IMG/VR virus record: IMGVR_UViG_3300045988_162372
Strand: one strand, 5' to 3'
Source: a virus
DNA length: 64,000 nucleotides
The position numbers and the translations under genes are program-made. Below the pieces are notes generated by a model, which did no database searches, was not told the DNA's origin, and saw nothing but the letters and a program-made list of their open reading frames with translations. Below are positions 52,206 through 61,264 of the stretch, in pieces (the stretch's first letter is position 1; each line of letters opens with the position of its first letter).

Positions 52206-53189
52206 ATGGCAAAGAAAATCAGCAAGGACAAATGGGTAGGTCTAAAAATGAGAAACCTCCCCGATTATAATTACAGTGCGATTTGGAGCAATCTGGTTAC
52301 AATCCGTCTTGACAAAGGCGAGGTAATGGAACTTCCACCTGACCAGAGCGAATTCTATGATGTCTCTCTTGGTAACAAATGTACCACTGGAAAATGTAAT
52401 TTTTGTTATGTGGCAGCAAATCCAAATGGAAAATACTATGAGGATATTTGCGAAACTTGGAAAAAGTGGATGTCATTGTATCCAGATAAGTATGATGATA
52501 AAGGTAATTTACTAACTATCAAACCTTTACAAATAGCAATAGGAAGTGAGGGAGAGCCTTTGGAACATCCAAATATATGTGATTTCCTCAAAACGGTATA
52601 CGAAACGGATGTTGTTCCTAACTACACAACTAATGGTGTGATTCTTTCATATTGGGATAAGCCTGAAAGCAAGTATTATCAAAAAGCAAATGATATCCTT
52701 GCTGTAACATCTCTTTATGTTGGCGGTGTTGCGGTCAGCTTTGGAAACAAGGCACTTCGTCAATATGCAAAGAACGCTATTGAAGGATTGCTTGCAAAAG
52801 GTAATTGTCATGTTATGATACATCATATCATTTCGACAATGGAAAGTGTGGATGAATTTGTTGAATGTTGGAAAGAATATGGCGACAAGATTAAAAATCA
52901 TGTATTGCTTCCATTGATGCCTTCTGGTAGAAGCAAAAAAGGTATTGATGACGGCGTGTTTGAATATCTTGAGAAGGTTGTAAAGGAGAATAATATAGGT
53001 AATGTTGCCTTTGGTGCGCACTTTATCAAGTATCTTGAAAAATCAGACAAGATTAAGACATGGCTTTATCCTGCTGAGAGTTATTCAAAAAACGTAATCC
53101 TTACAAAAGACTGTGTACAGATTACACCAAGTTCATTTGATTTGAAACCTATCAAAAAGATTGATTTAAGTAATATTAATTTAAAATAA
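52206..53189 (+). CDS. radical-SAM-like enzyme with Cx4Cx2C cluster motif
   Basis: GNKCTTGKCNFCYVA, IGSEGEPLEHP (GGE-like), NYTTNG. Confidence 0.65.
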   Translation: MAKKISKDKWVGLKMRNLPDYNYSAIWSNLVTIRLDKGEVMELPPDQSEFYDVSLGNKCTTGKCNFCYVAANPNGKYYEDICETWKKWMSLYPDKYDDKGNLLTIKPLQIAIGSEGEPLEHPNICDFLKTVYETDVVPNYTTNGVILSYWDKPESKYYQKANDILAVTSLYVGGVAVSFGNKALRQYAKNAIEGLLAKGNCHVMIHHIISTMESVDEFVECWKEYGDKIKNHVLLPLMPSGRSKKGIDDGVFEYLEKVVKENNIGNVAFGAHFIKYLEKSDKIKTWLYPAESYSKNVILTKDCVQITPSSFDLKPIKKIDLSNINLK

Positions 53190-53190
53190 A

Positions 53191-53445
53191 ATGATAAATA
53201 TTAAACGATTTTTATGTCATCATAAATATGATTATATTATATGCGAAGATGTCATTGCTAATATTGAAAATGACAATGATGATTTAGAAGATGAATCACT
53301 TTATATGGCAATTGTATATTGTCCGAAATGTGGAAAAATATTTCTAAAAACAAGGATTTTCAATAATATGTTATCTGGCATTGACAAAATAAGAGAATTT
53401 CAAAGAATTACTAAGAAAAGTATTAAAAAAATAACAGTTAAGTAA
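53191..53445 (+). CDS. small zinc-ribbon-like protein
   Basis: 84 aa; CHH..C...CPKCG. Confidence 0.5.
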   Translation: MINIKRFLCHHKYDYIICEDVIANIENDNDDLEDESLYMAIVYCPKCGKIFLKTRIFNNMLSGIDKIREFQRITKKSIKKITVK

Positions 53446-53448
53446 AAT

Positions 53449-53961
53449 ATGACACAAATTATTAAAAATACAGAGCTAATCACCTCATTAATTAAACAAG
53501 TAATCGAACACGAAGGTACTGGTGATAAGATATATAATTATTATGCTAATGTTTGCCGCTTAGTACCAGATAAAGTAATAATGGTAGATGACTTTACCGA
53601 ATTATTATATCCTATTTATTATCAAAAAGTTGCTGATGATTTGAATTTGCATAATAAAAAATGTTTCATCAGCATCCCTATTACAGGTGTTGAAGAACAA
53701 GCAAGAGAAGAATGTAAAAAGGTGCAAAAACTATTCTCTGAATATTTGACAGATTGTGAAGTATTCTCACCATTTGAAGTTGCTCCTGAAAAGAATATGC
53801 CTGATTCCTATTATATGGGTAAAGATATTGAACAACTTATGAATTGTAATATTATGATACAAATGAACGGATGGGAAAATAGTAAAGGATGTAGAGTAGA
53901 GAATTTCGTTGCAGATACTTATAACATTGAAAAGATTCCTGTTGATAGTTTGTTTATTTAA
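53449..53961 (+). CDS. DUF4406 / nucleoside-deoxyribosyltransferase-like domain protein
   Basis: C-terminal half KKCFISIPITG...VFSPFE...MNCNIMIQMNGWENSKGCRVENFVA matches the DUF4406 pattern (..cD.v..l.gW..S.G...E...A). Confidence 0.55.
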   Translation: MTQIIKNTELITSLIKQVIEHEGTGDKIYNYYANVCRLVPDKVIMVDDFTELLYPIYYQKVADDLNLHNKKCFISIPITGVEEQAREECKKVQKLFSEYLTDCEVFSPFEVAPEKNMPDSYYMGKDIEQLMNCNIMIQMNGWENSKGCRVENFVADTYNIEKIPVDSLFI

Positions 53962-53990
53962 TCTAATAAGAAAATTATATTTCTACATTT

Positions 53991-54029
53991 AAAAAACAGA
54001 TACTTAAATCAGTATCTGTTTTTTTTTTT
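53991..54029 (+). terminator. rho-independent terminator
   Basis: AAAAAACAGATACT / AGTATCTGTTTTTT stem, loop TAAATC, T run extending to 54029. Confidence 0.75.
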
Positions 54030-54072
54030 AATATTTATATGAAGAAATAATATTTTTATAATTCTTTAAAAT

Positions 54073-55057
54073 ATGTGTTTAATTACTTCACAATTTAAAG
54101 CATATACACCTACAAGCGAGATAACGGCATATAAACTTGTCAAGAAAGCGACTAACAAGGAAAATATCTATTATTCTCCATTTCAAGGAGCTGTATATGA
54201 TTTTAATTCAAAAACTTCTCCCATACAATTATCAACTGGTAAAAAGAAAGAAACTGCTTCGACAAATCATGGTAATAAGAATTCATGGGGGGGGGTGGCT
54301 TCATGCTTTGCTTAATCCAAGCGAATACCCTTTATATCAAGACAAATATGTTATTCTAAGAGTAACAATACCCACATACCATGAAGATAATGATGGAAAT
54401 AGAATTGACACTGTTGTTTATATTTCAGACAATATGAATGAAATATGTACTAATAATATGAACATCTATAATGAAGTAATAGATATAAATTCTGCAAAGG
54501 TTAATTTATCAAGTGTTCCAATAAATTTTGAATTACCAGAAGGCATTAACATATCTTATAGTGGCAACAATATTAATCTTACTGTCAATTCACATAGCTA
54601 TACATTAGTAACAAGTTCTCCTAATTTTAATTCTTCTGTACAATGGGCAAAAGTTAAACCTGCTTCTGACATTATATCTGAATTTACTGATTTGCCTCAA
54701 TCCTACAAAGCAGCTAAACAATACTTCAATGGTAAAAATGATACCTCTATCATTAAACAGCTAGAAACAGAATACGAAAGGAAAAATAATAACAATATAT
54801 GTTATGAAGCAATAACAAAACTACAAGATGGGGAATATTTGCCTTCAATTGGCGAATTAAATGAGATAATTCAATATCAACATTACATTAACTACGAATT
54901 AAAACGTAATAACTCTGATAAACTTATCCAAAATGCTACATATTTTAGTAGCACACCATATTCGATTAATAATGTGTGGACTGTTAATGCAGAATATCTG
55001 ACGATATATAATTACTATTCAAGACAGAACAAATGTCTATTCTTACCTGTTAGATAA
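54073..55057 (+). pseudogene. DUF1566-domain gene (paralog of 2322..3362) split by a frameshift in a G9 tract
   Basis: 54073..54315 (MCLITSQ..) and 54137..55057 (..GGGWLHALLN.. YLPSIGELNEII..) each match successive parts of the 2322 protein; frames change inside G9 at 54287-54295. Confidence 0.7.
54287..54295 (+). repeat. G9 homopolymer (only G/C run longer than 5 that I saw)
   Basis: attcatGGGGGGGGGtggctt; G8 or G11 would restore one continuous reading frame. Confidence 0.9.
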
Positions 55058-55064
55058 TAATATA

Positions 55065-55096
55065 AATCCTACCAACATTTTGTAATTGGTAGGATT
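55065..55096. terminator. bidirectional terminator at the strand-switch point
   Basis: AATCCTACCAA / TTGGTAGGATT 11-bp stem between convergent genes ending at 55057 (+) and 55106 (-); T-rich on both sides. Confidence 0.7.
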
Positions 55097-55105
55097 ATTT
55101 CTTTT

Positions 55106-55996
55106 CTAAGAATTCCAAATGTCAAATGCTTGTATTATTTGTTCCTTGATATAAGGAAGTTTTATCTTTTCATATTCCCCATTATCTTTTAACCATATAA
55201 TACGCCTATCTATAACATCATAGCCCAAATTTTCAAGCATCATCGAATACAAACTAAGCTGAATGGTATAATGAGAGAGAGCTTCATCTATCATATCATC
55301 AAATGGTTGTAACATTGTAATGTTATTGTTACGATTGTAACTCTTTGATAATGAGGTATTTGTTTTAAAATCGGTCAAAATTATACTCCATTTATCTTTA
55401 TATTTATATGCTAATGTAGTATCTGCCGTACCACAGAATACTTCTCTAATACCAAATTTATTTCCTAATGGCATATACATCTTACATTCGGGAAGCAATG
55501 GATATATCTCTGGTATATTTAACAAATCTTGCCAATATTTCTGTATCGCATCTTGCTTTGGCCCATACGGTATCAAATAACCATCTTCGTATTGAGGCTT
55601 GATTACATCACATATTTCCTCCTCTTTTAAGTTTGTTATAAACCTTTGTAAGTTCTCCCCATAAAGATGTACACTTGATCCGTTGTTTGTTGCCTTAATA
55701 TTATTCTCGTGCCACATCCTTTGTACCTGTTCTTTTGTTGAATCATATTTAAGGGCATACCTCAATGCAATCTCATCCCAATCACTTTCAGGTTCATATC
55801 TTGCAATAATAGTAGATGCTGATGGTATCTTTTCAATAACAGTACCATCAGCGTTATGCAAATTGTATATATGTCCTTCTTCAATAAATTCCAGATTAGC
55901 AAAAGATGAAAGGATATGCTCTCTCATCTTTGTTACCTCTATTGGTTCTGGATTTTCCTTTAACCTTTTTTCTATATCACTTTTATGTATTAACAT
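55106..55996 (-). CDS. PD-(D/E)XK nuclease (RecB/Cas4-like fold, no Cys cluster)
   Basis: GHIYNL..PSASTII, GSSVH, CGTADTTL (D), ILTDFKT (D/E-x-K), YTIQLSLYSMM (QxxxY). Confidence 0.65.
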   Translation of the reverse strand: MLIHKSDIEKRLKENPEPIEVTKMREHILSSFANLEFIEEGHIYNLHNADGTVIEKIPSASTIIARYEPESDWDEIALRYALKYDSTKEQVQRMWHENNIKATNNGSSVHLYGENLQRFITNLKEEEICDVIKPQYEDGYLIPYGPKQDAIQKYWQDLLNIPEIYPLLPECKMYMPLGNKFGIREVFCGTADTTLAYKYKDKWSIILTDFKTNTSLSKSYNRNNNITMLQPFDDMIDEALSHYTIQLSLYSMMLENLGYDVIDRRIIWLKDNGEYEKIKLPYIKEQIIQAFDIWNS

Positions 55997-57563
55997 ATTT
56001 CTTTTTCAAATTAAAGTATTTATTCTTATCAAAATATGGCAGATATTCTTCATAGAAATCTTTACTTTTTGTAAACTGCCAATAAGGTTCAATGTCTTCT
56101 TCCTCATTATTGCTATTGTCTTTTGAAAATAACCAGGCAACAACAAAATTGTCTTTGGGAAGATTATTATCTATCGAAATTCCAATGTAACCACTCGGTG
56201 TTTGTCCTTGTATTCTGCAAGGCTTTTGCAAATCAATCTCTATTTTGATACAGTTCTCGTCATCATCACAAATAGTCATATGTTTACCAATCTGTTTTAC
56301 AGAAACAACACGAAATGGCAACGCTCCATTAGCTTTAAATGATGCGCAGTCATCATATTCAATAATATCATTTTTAGTGAGGATTTTCAATGTAGAAAGA
56401 AAATCATTAACAGCAATTATATGACCATACGGATCTATGATAGTATCATCACTATAACTGTATGTATTAAATCCGTTTACTTTAATTACGACACTATCAA
56501 TTGTTAAACCGTCATAACAGGTTGTAGTTATTTCGGAATTGGTTGTATATATGTCTGAAGCATCTCCACCAGTGAAAACAAAGAAATCGTGGGAATATAA
56601 TTCGTATAAGGCTTTCTGTAAATCATTCTTATCTTGTTTCTTCTCGCCATCTGTGCTATATGCTTTGTGATTTGTTTCCAATTGTTTCCAATCCATATTT
56701 GCAGGGAACAATTGTAATCCTGGTACATATTTTATACCAAGTTCCTTACAATCAGCCTTTGTAAGAGAGAATATTGTTGTATTATCTCCACCTATTTGTT
56801 TTACGATGACAGCATCTATCTCGATGTTATTCAGTTTGTCAATTTTCCCAACAACGACATAAGTCCTTTCAATGTTCTGAAAATCTTCTTCCCCTTGCAA
56901 TACAAGGGCATACTTATCCCCTCTATTGAATGATAATTGCGGAAGATAGTCTTGTTTCTTCGATGGTAACGACTTTATATTATTTTCATTTCCATCAATT
57001 TCTGCCATTAAAAAACTCTCATCATTAATAATGATGTCAGTTCTTTTGATAGAACACTTTTGTCTATTAATATATTTGTATGTCTGTACCTTTATTTCCA
57101 TACCATTACTATCAAAACCTAATATTTGATATGGCAACACTTCTCCTTTATAAAAGGAGGCATATCCATGTCCGTAATCAATATTATGGTGCGCTTTTAT
57201 TTTTAGGCAATGATATAAATCAAATAAAGGCATTAATTTACCGTTTGGTAGACATACAGTCTTTTCATCTATCTTTCTGATACCTTTGACCACGCCGAAA
57301 ATAAAACTTAGAGTACCATCAGAATTTCTATTGTGCATTGTACGACCGTGATCTATTTCCACTGTAATCTCGGAATATGGCGTATATATGTAATTTGTCA
57401 AATCTATCATTTGTGACGGATTAGAAGCGTTAAAATCAGCTATTGAATCTACTGGTATAGTTATTTTTGTATCATCCATATAACTGATTTCCACTGTTTG
57501 TTCAACCTCATTATAAGATGTGCTTTTTATCAATCTATCTATTTCATTAGAAATTGAGGGCAT
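55983..57563 (-). CDS. hypothetical protein (526 aa)
   Basis: longest ORF in the window; no motif recognised. Confidence 0.65.
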   Translation of the reverse strand: MPSISNEIDRLIKSTSYNEVEQTVEISYMDDTKITIPVDSIADFNASNPSQMIDLTNYIYTPYSEITVEIDHGRTMHNRNSDGTLSFIFGVVKGIRKIDEKTVCLPNGKLMPLFDLYHCLKIKAHHNIDYGHGYASFYKGEVLPYQILGFDSNGMEIKVQTYKYINRQKCSIKRTDIIINDESFLMAEIDGNENNIKSLPSKKQDYLPQLSFNRGDKYALVLQGEEDFQNIERTYVVVGKIDKLNNIEIDAVIVKQIGGDNTTIFSLTKADCKELGIKYVPGLQLFPANMDWKQLETNHKAYSTDGEKKQDKNDLQKALYELYSHDFFVFTGGDASDIYTTNSEITTTCYDGLTIDSVVIKVNGFNTYSYSDDTIIDPYGHIIAVNDFLSTLKILTKNDIIEYDDCASFKANGALPFRVVSVKQIGKHMTICDDDENCIKIEIDLQKPCRIQGQTPSGYIGISIDNNLPKDNFVVAWLFSKDNSNNEEEDIEPYWQFTKSKDFYEEYLPYFDKNKYFNLKKKYVNT

Positions 57564-57589
57564 TTCTCATATATGTTATACTATTTATT

Positions 57590-58714
57590 TTATTTCACCA
57601 TTGCCGTCATTGCCGACTCAAGCTCTTTTTCAACCTTAATGATTTCTTCTTCCGTTGCTTTCCTATTTTTGGTTGCTTCCTCATGGATTGCTTGTACTTC
57701 TTTCAGCGTTTCGATGAGTCTTGCAGTAGTGGTACGCAGGGTTTCCACATCAACGACACTTCTTTCACTTTCTTTAGCAACATATATACTGTTTTGTTTC
57801 AAAAGTTCAGAATTCTTCAAAAGAATTTGATTAGTAGTATCACTGATTTTCTTCTGTGCATCAATGTTATTCTTCTGATTGTTCAACGCAACAGCAATTG
57901 ATAGCTGGTTTCTCCACACTGGAATTGTTGTGGAAATAATGCTTTGAGCTTTGTCTGCAACTGAAAGATTGTTATACTGTACAGTTCTAATCTGTGGAAG
58001 TGATTGTTTGATGACATATCTAAGTGTAAACATATCATTCAAACGCCTTTCAAGATTATTCTTGAACACTTGTGTATCTTGTATCTCAGTGGCAGTATAT
58101 TTGTCAGGATTCTGTTCCATATCTTGAATGGAACTTTCTAATTCTTCTACCTTTATCTTTCCTGCGATGATAAGTTCCTCAATCTGTTGACCATATAGAA
58201 TATTATTATCGAACATAACCTGCAAGGCATTATTATCACGTAAAGCAAGCATTCGCATTGCAGTAATCTTCTTGGATATTTCATCCACGTTCTGTGCAAT
58301 GCTGTCATATTTCTTCATTATCTTTTCAACTGATTTTACTAAATTCTTCAAAATAGGTATTCTACTGAGGAATTTCTTGATAGGTGATATATCCTCAAAA
58401 TCATCAAGCTCAACATAGCCAAGTTCAGTAAGTAAGTTGTCCACCAATGTGCCGATTTCTCCACACTTTGATGTCCTTACAGCATTCAAGAAATCATTGG
58501 AATACTTCGTCATAGAAGTCTGCAAATCAGAGCCAAAACTTGATACCGAGTTAATGTCTTTGACGACAAGACAAGAATTCAATCTGTTATATTTAGCTTT
58601 TTCCTCTTCTGTTAAGTTTGCAAGATTAATCTCTCCGTTCTCGCTTACTCTTTTTACCAATGCATTAGTAACTATTTTCTCTTTGTTTTCGATATTGTTG
58701 TTGTTATTTTCCAT
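57590..58714 (-). CDS. telA: TelA-like (toxic anion resistance family) protein
   Basis: 374 aa; SSFGSDLQTSMTKYSNDFLNAVRTSKCGEIGTLVDNLL and long coiled regions as in TelA/KlaA proteins. Confidence 0.7.
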   Translation of the reverse strand: MENNNNNIENKEKIVTNALVKRVSENGEINLANLTEEEKAKYNRLNSCLVVKDINSVSSFGSDLQTSMTKYSNDFLNAVRTSKCGEIGTLVDNLLTELGYVELDDFEDISPIKKFLSRIPILKNLVKSVEKIMKKYDSIAQNVDEISKKITAMRMLALRDNNALQVMFDNNILYGQQIEELIIAGKIKVEELESSIQDMEQNPDKYTATEIQDTQVFKNNLERRLNDMFTLRYVIKQSLPQIRTVQYNNLSVADKAQSIISTTIPVWRNQLSIAVALNNQKNNIDAQKKISDTTNQILLKNSELLKQNSIYVAKESERSVVDVETLRTTTARLIETLKEVQAIHEEATKNRKATEEEIIKVEKELESAMTAMVK

Positions 58715-58747
58715 ATTTATTCTAATTATGTTGTTAAATTAATAATA

Positions 58748-58783
58748 GGTAGGTATCTAATTGTTGCCAATCAAACACCTACC
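58748..58783 (-). terminator. terminator-like hairpin after ssb
   Basis: GGTAGGT / ACCTACC stem with 22-nt loop, U-rich (TATTATT) tail on the minus strand. Confidence 0.4.
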
Positions 58784-58828
58784 ATTGTCAAAAGATAAGA
58801 GAGATACATCGTTTGTTCTCAAATTGGT

Positions 58829-59347
58829 TTAGAATGGCAAATCATCATCGCTATCACCATTAACCAAAGGAATCTTCAAGCCTGAATTATCGACAACAGC
58901 TTGTTGCTCAGGTGTCAACATCTTAGTCTGTGTTTTTGGAATTTCCACTTCACTTGTTTGCTTTGAAGCGGATACTGGTGCTGCTTGTGATGTTTGATTT
59001 CCGTTTCCATCATTATTCCTATTGCTTGACTCTGAGAAATAAATCATTTCTGCACGGATATTTCTTCCAACCTCACAATTACCAGTGATTTTATTAGGAT
59101 AAACATTATCTGAATATTCCCCGATCACATTAATAGGTCTTCCCTTAGTCAGATACTTCTGAATGTTCATACCTTGTGTTGTAAAACAAGTTACTGAAAA
59201 CCAATAAGTGATAGGATTTCCTTGTTCATCCTTTGCATCACCAAACTCGTTATTTGCCATACGGAAGTGAATGTATTCCCTTCCCGATTGTGTAGTTTTC
59301 TTAACAGCGTCAGAAACAACTCTTCCGCTGAGTGTCATAATTCTCAT
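58829..59347 (-). CDS. ssb: single-stranded DNA-binding protein
   Basis: N-terminal OB-fold pattern (LSGRVVSDAV..., WFSVTCF) and canonical acidic tip DDDLPF. Confidence 0.9.
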   Translation of the reverse strand: MRIMTLSGRVVSDAVKKTTQSGREYIHFRMANNEFGDAKDEQGNPITYWFSVTCFTTQGMNIQKYLTKGRPINVIGEYSDNVYPNKITGNCEVGRNIRAEMIYFSESSNRNNDGNGNQTSQAAPVSASKQTSEVEIPKTQTKMLTPEQQAVVDNSGLKIPLVNGDSDDDLPF

Positions 59348-59405
59348 TTCTTTTTATTCTTTTTAAATTGTTCAACAATATGTTTTCCTTTATGTTTTCT
59401 CGATG

Positions 59406-59413
59406 CAAATATA
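59406..59413 (-). promoter_or_regulatory. -7 box TATATTTG on minus strand
   Basis: 58 nt upstream of ssb ATG; -33 region reads TTTT rather than TTTG. Confidence 0.5.
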
Positions 59414-59459
59414 CTACTTTTTCTCGAAATATAAAACTGTTTAATGGTTTTTAACATTG

Positions 59460-60257
59460 TTATTTTCTGATTATATCCAATAGCTTTTCCCTGTTATATT
59501 CGTCATTCAATACAAAAGCATCATGCTCAGTCCATATATTCCTTATATATGTCAAGTTCAATTCTTCATTGACTTGTCTAACTTCTTCCTTGTATATAAA
59601 ACGTCCATATTTCTTCCCATCTGAAAAATCAGTATTCCAGTCAATACCTTTCTTTTCTTTTAGAAGTGCAATCTGTTCATCAGTATTCAAATTGAGAAGT
59701 TCTTTATGGGAAAGATATGTTTGTGCTGCCTGTTGTTTTGAATTTTTAATGCAGTCATTCTGTCTATAGAGACACCACGCAAACATATCGTTTTCGTTTG
59801 GTACATTCCAAGCCTTGCAATCAAATTCAACAAGTTTCTGGCCTTCTACCATCTGTATCATATCACTTTGTGAACAAGGCGTATTCAATAAATCCATTGT
59901 TACCATATGATTGAACTTTGATGCTGCCATAGCTGCTGCGATTGACTGCAATTTGCATAAGCGATATCCGAAGAACGTATCAGTTGTTGGTGTGTCAAAA
60001 TCAGATAATGCCATAGTAATTTCATCTGATTGCACATACGCAAATTTGCATCCGCCAATATTCTTGCAAAGATACTTGGCGGTTTCATTCATATAATGAA
60101 TAAACTTGTTATCAAATGGTTTTTCATACTTATTTTTAATCAATTTTGAGAATGCTCTTCCGTCAAGCATCATTATTACATACTGATTAGGCACAAGCCT
60201 ATAATCTGACAAACTCCTATAATATAAACATTTATCTTCTAGATTCTTAAAATTCAT
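59460..60257 (-). CDS. Thg1-like protein (tRNA-His guanylyltransferase family, 3'-5' polymerase)
   Basis: YVIMMLDGRAFSKL, KPFD, AYVQSDEITMAL match the Thg1/TLP palm motifs. Confidence 0.8.
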   Translation of the reverse strand: MNFKNLEDKCLYYRSLSDYRLVPNQYVIMMLDGRAFSKLIKNKYEKPFDNKFIHYMNETAKYLCKNIGGCKFAYVQSDEITMALSDFDTPTTDTFFGYRLCKLQSIAAAMAASKFNHMVTMDLLNTPCSQSDMIQMVEGQKLVEFDCKAWNVPNENDMFAWCLYRQNDCIKNSKQQAAQTYLSHKELLNLNTDEQIALLKEKKGIDWNTDFSDGKKYGRFIYKEEVRQVNEELNLTYIRNIWTEHDAFVLNDEYNREKLLDIIRK

Positions 60258-60323
60258 TTCCCTCTCTTTTTATTTTAACTAAAAAAAAACTATATTTTAT
60301 AGAATAAAATGTTTTAATAAAAA

Positions 60324-60722
60324 TTAAATTAGTTTGGCTATAAGTTCTGTATATTTATCAAATAATCCATCTGGATATTCCTTTAATGTTCCATTCTTGT
60401 CAATAGGGATTTTCTTACCAAGAAATTTGACGTAATATCCATAAACTTGTTTTTCTTTTATTTGCGCCAAAATATCTGTATAAACAAGTTGGTTGTTAGT
60501 GCAAACAAGCAATTCATCATTTGGTTTATAGATAGAACAATACTCATTTTTAATATCTCTCGCAACTACTTCATTTTCTTCTATTTCTGTAACATTTATG
60601 ACACTACCTTGTCCATAAACACATTCAATTATAAATTTTCCATCAATAAGATATTTGCTTACACAAATGTCATTTTCAATATAAAGTGATTCTCCATATT
60701 TCTCAGCATAGTCATCAAGCAT
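60324..60722 (-). CDS. hypothetical protein
   Basis: ATG at 60722 (MLDDYAEKYG..) preferred over TTG 60731. Confidence 0.55.
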   Translation of the reverse strand: MLDDYAEKYGESLYIENDICVSKYLIDGKFIIECVYGQGSVINVTEIEENEVVARDIKNEYCSIYKPNDELLVCTNNQLVYTDILAQIKEKQVYGYYVKFLGKKIPIDKNGTLKEYPDGLFDKYTELIAKLI

Positions 60723-60824
60723 ATAAAACAATGTATTTTCAGGAAAACGACCTTTCTTATATTCCTTGTCTTTATATTCATCACTGTCATATTTTTTGAT
60801 ACACTTACGTATAACATCAGCACG

Positions 60825-60971
60825 TTATTCAACAGTTAGACTATGTATTTTCTCTATCCATTTGTCCTTCCAACTATTGAGGAAAAATTCTCTTTTATTT
60901 TTCTCTTCCAATCTTTGCTTATATTCATCACTTTCAAGATATTTCTTCAATGATTCTACTATACTCCCCAT
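60825..60971 (-). CDS. hypothetical small protein (48 aa, below ORF-track cutoff)
   Basis: hand-translated MGSIVESLKKYLESDEYKQRLEEKNK...HSLTVE; same frame as 60324..60722 across one TAA. Confidence 0.35.
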   Translation of the reverse strand: MGSIVESLKKYLESDEYKQRLEEKNKREFFLNSWKDKWIEKIHSLTVE

Positions 60972-61252
60972 GACTTTGTTTTTTTATAAAATTTCTCTGT
61001 TTGTATCTGCTTTTTAATCTTTTCCCTATCTTCTTCTGTTAGAATACGATTTTTGTTTTTTCCTATGTGCCATTTTCCACAAACTTGACATTTATATATT
61101 GAATATTTATGTATTGTTTGTGGCTTCAGATTCATCTTTCTTGCCATAACAAGAGCTTCTTCTTGTGTCGCATAACATTTCTTCGACTTGTATTGTTTCT
61201 CACCGTTCTCGTTATAATGAGAGAACGTATAATGGGTATTCTTCTCGCACAT
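60959..61252 (-). CDS. zinc-ribbon protein
   Basis: YKCQVCGKWHIG, same Y-x-C-x-V-C-G-x-W-H element as the N-terminus of 8432..9157. Confidence 0.55.
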   Translation of the reverse strand: MCEKNTHYTFSHYNENGEKQYKSKKCYATQEEALVMARKMNLKPQTIHKYSIYKCQVCGKWHIGKNKNRILTEEDREKIKKQIQTEKFYKKTKSWGV

Positions 61253-61264
61253 AGTAATTTGGTT

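Noticed and set aside
54800-55057. The Asn-rich C-terminus of the second DUF1566 paralog as the DGR template repeat for 3221-3350
   Set aside because: The two segments are similar only at the protein-domain level. I see no nucleotide identity of the kind expected for a TR/VR pair. The Asn codons are mostly AAT, in keeping with general AT-richness.
57471-57482. YMDD tetrapeptide in the 526-aa minus-strand ORF as a reverse-transcriptase motif that could supply the missing DGR RT
   Set aside because: It sits at residues 28-31, at the extreme N-terminus. None of the other RT motifs are present before or after it, so it is a chance match.
58790-58800. Minus-strand promoter for telA (TATCTTTT box)
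   Set aside because: The last consensus G is missing. The box also lies upstream of the hairpin that most simply terminates ssb, so it is not convincing.
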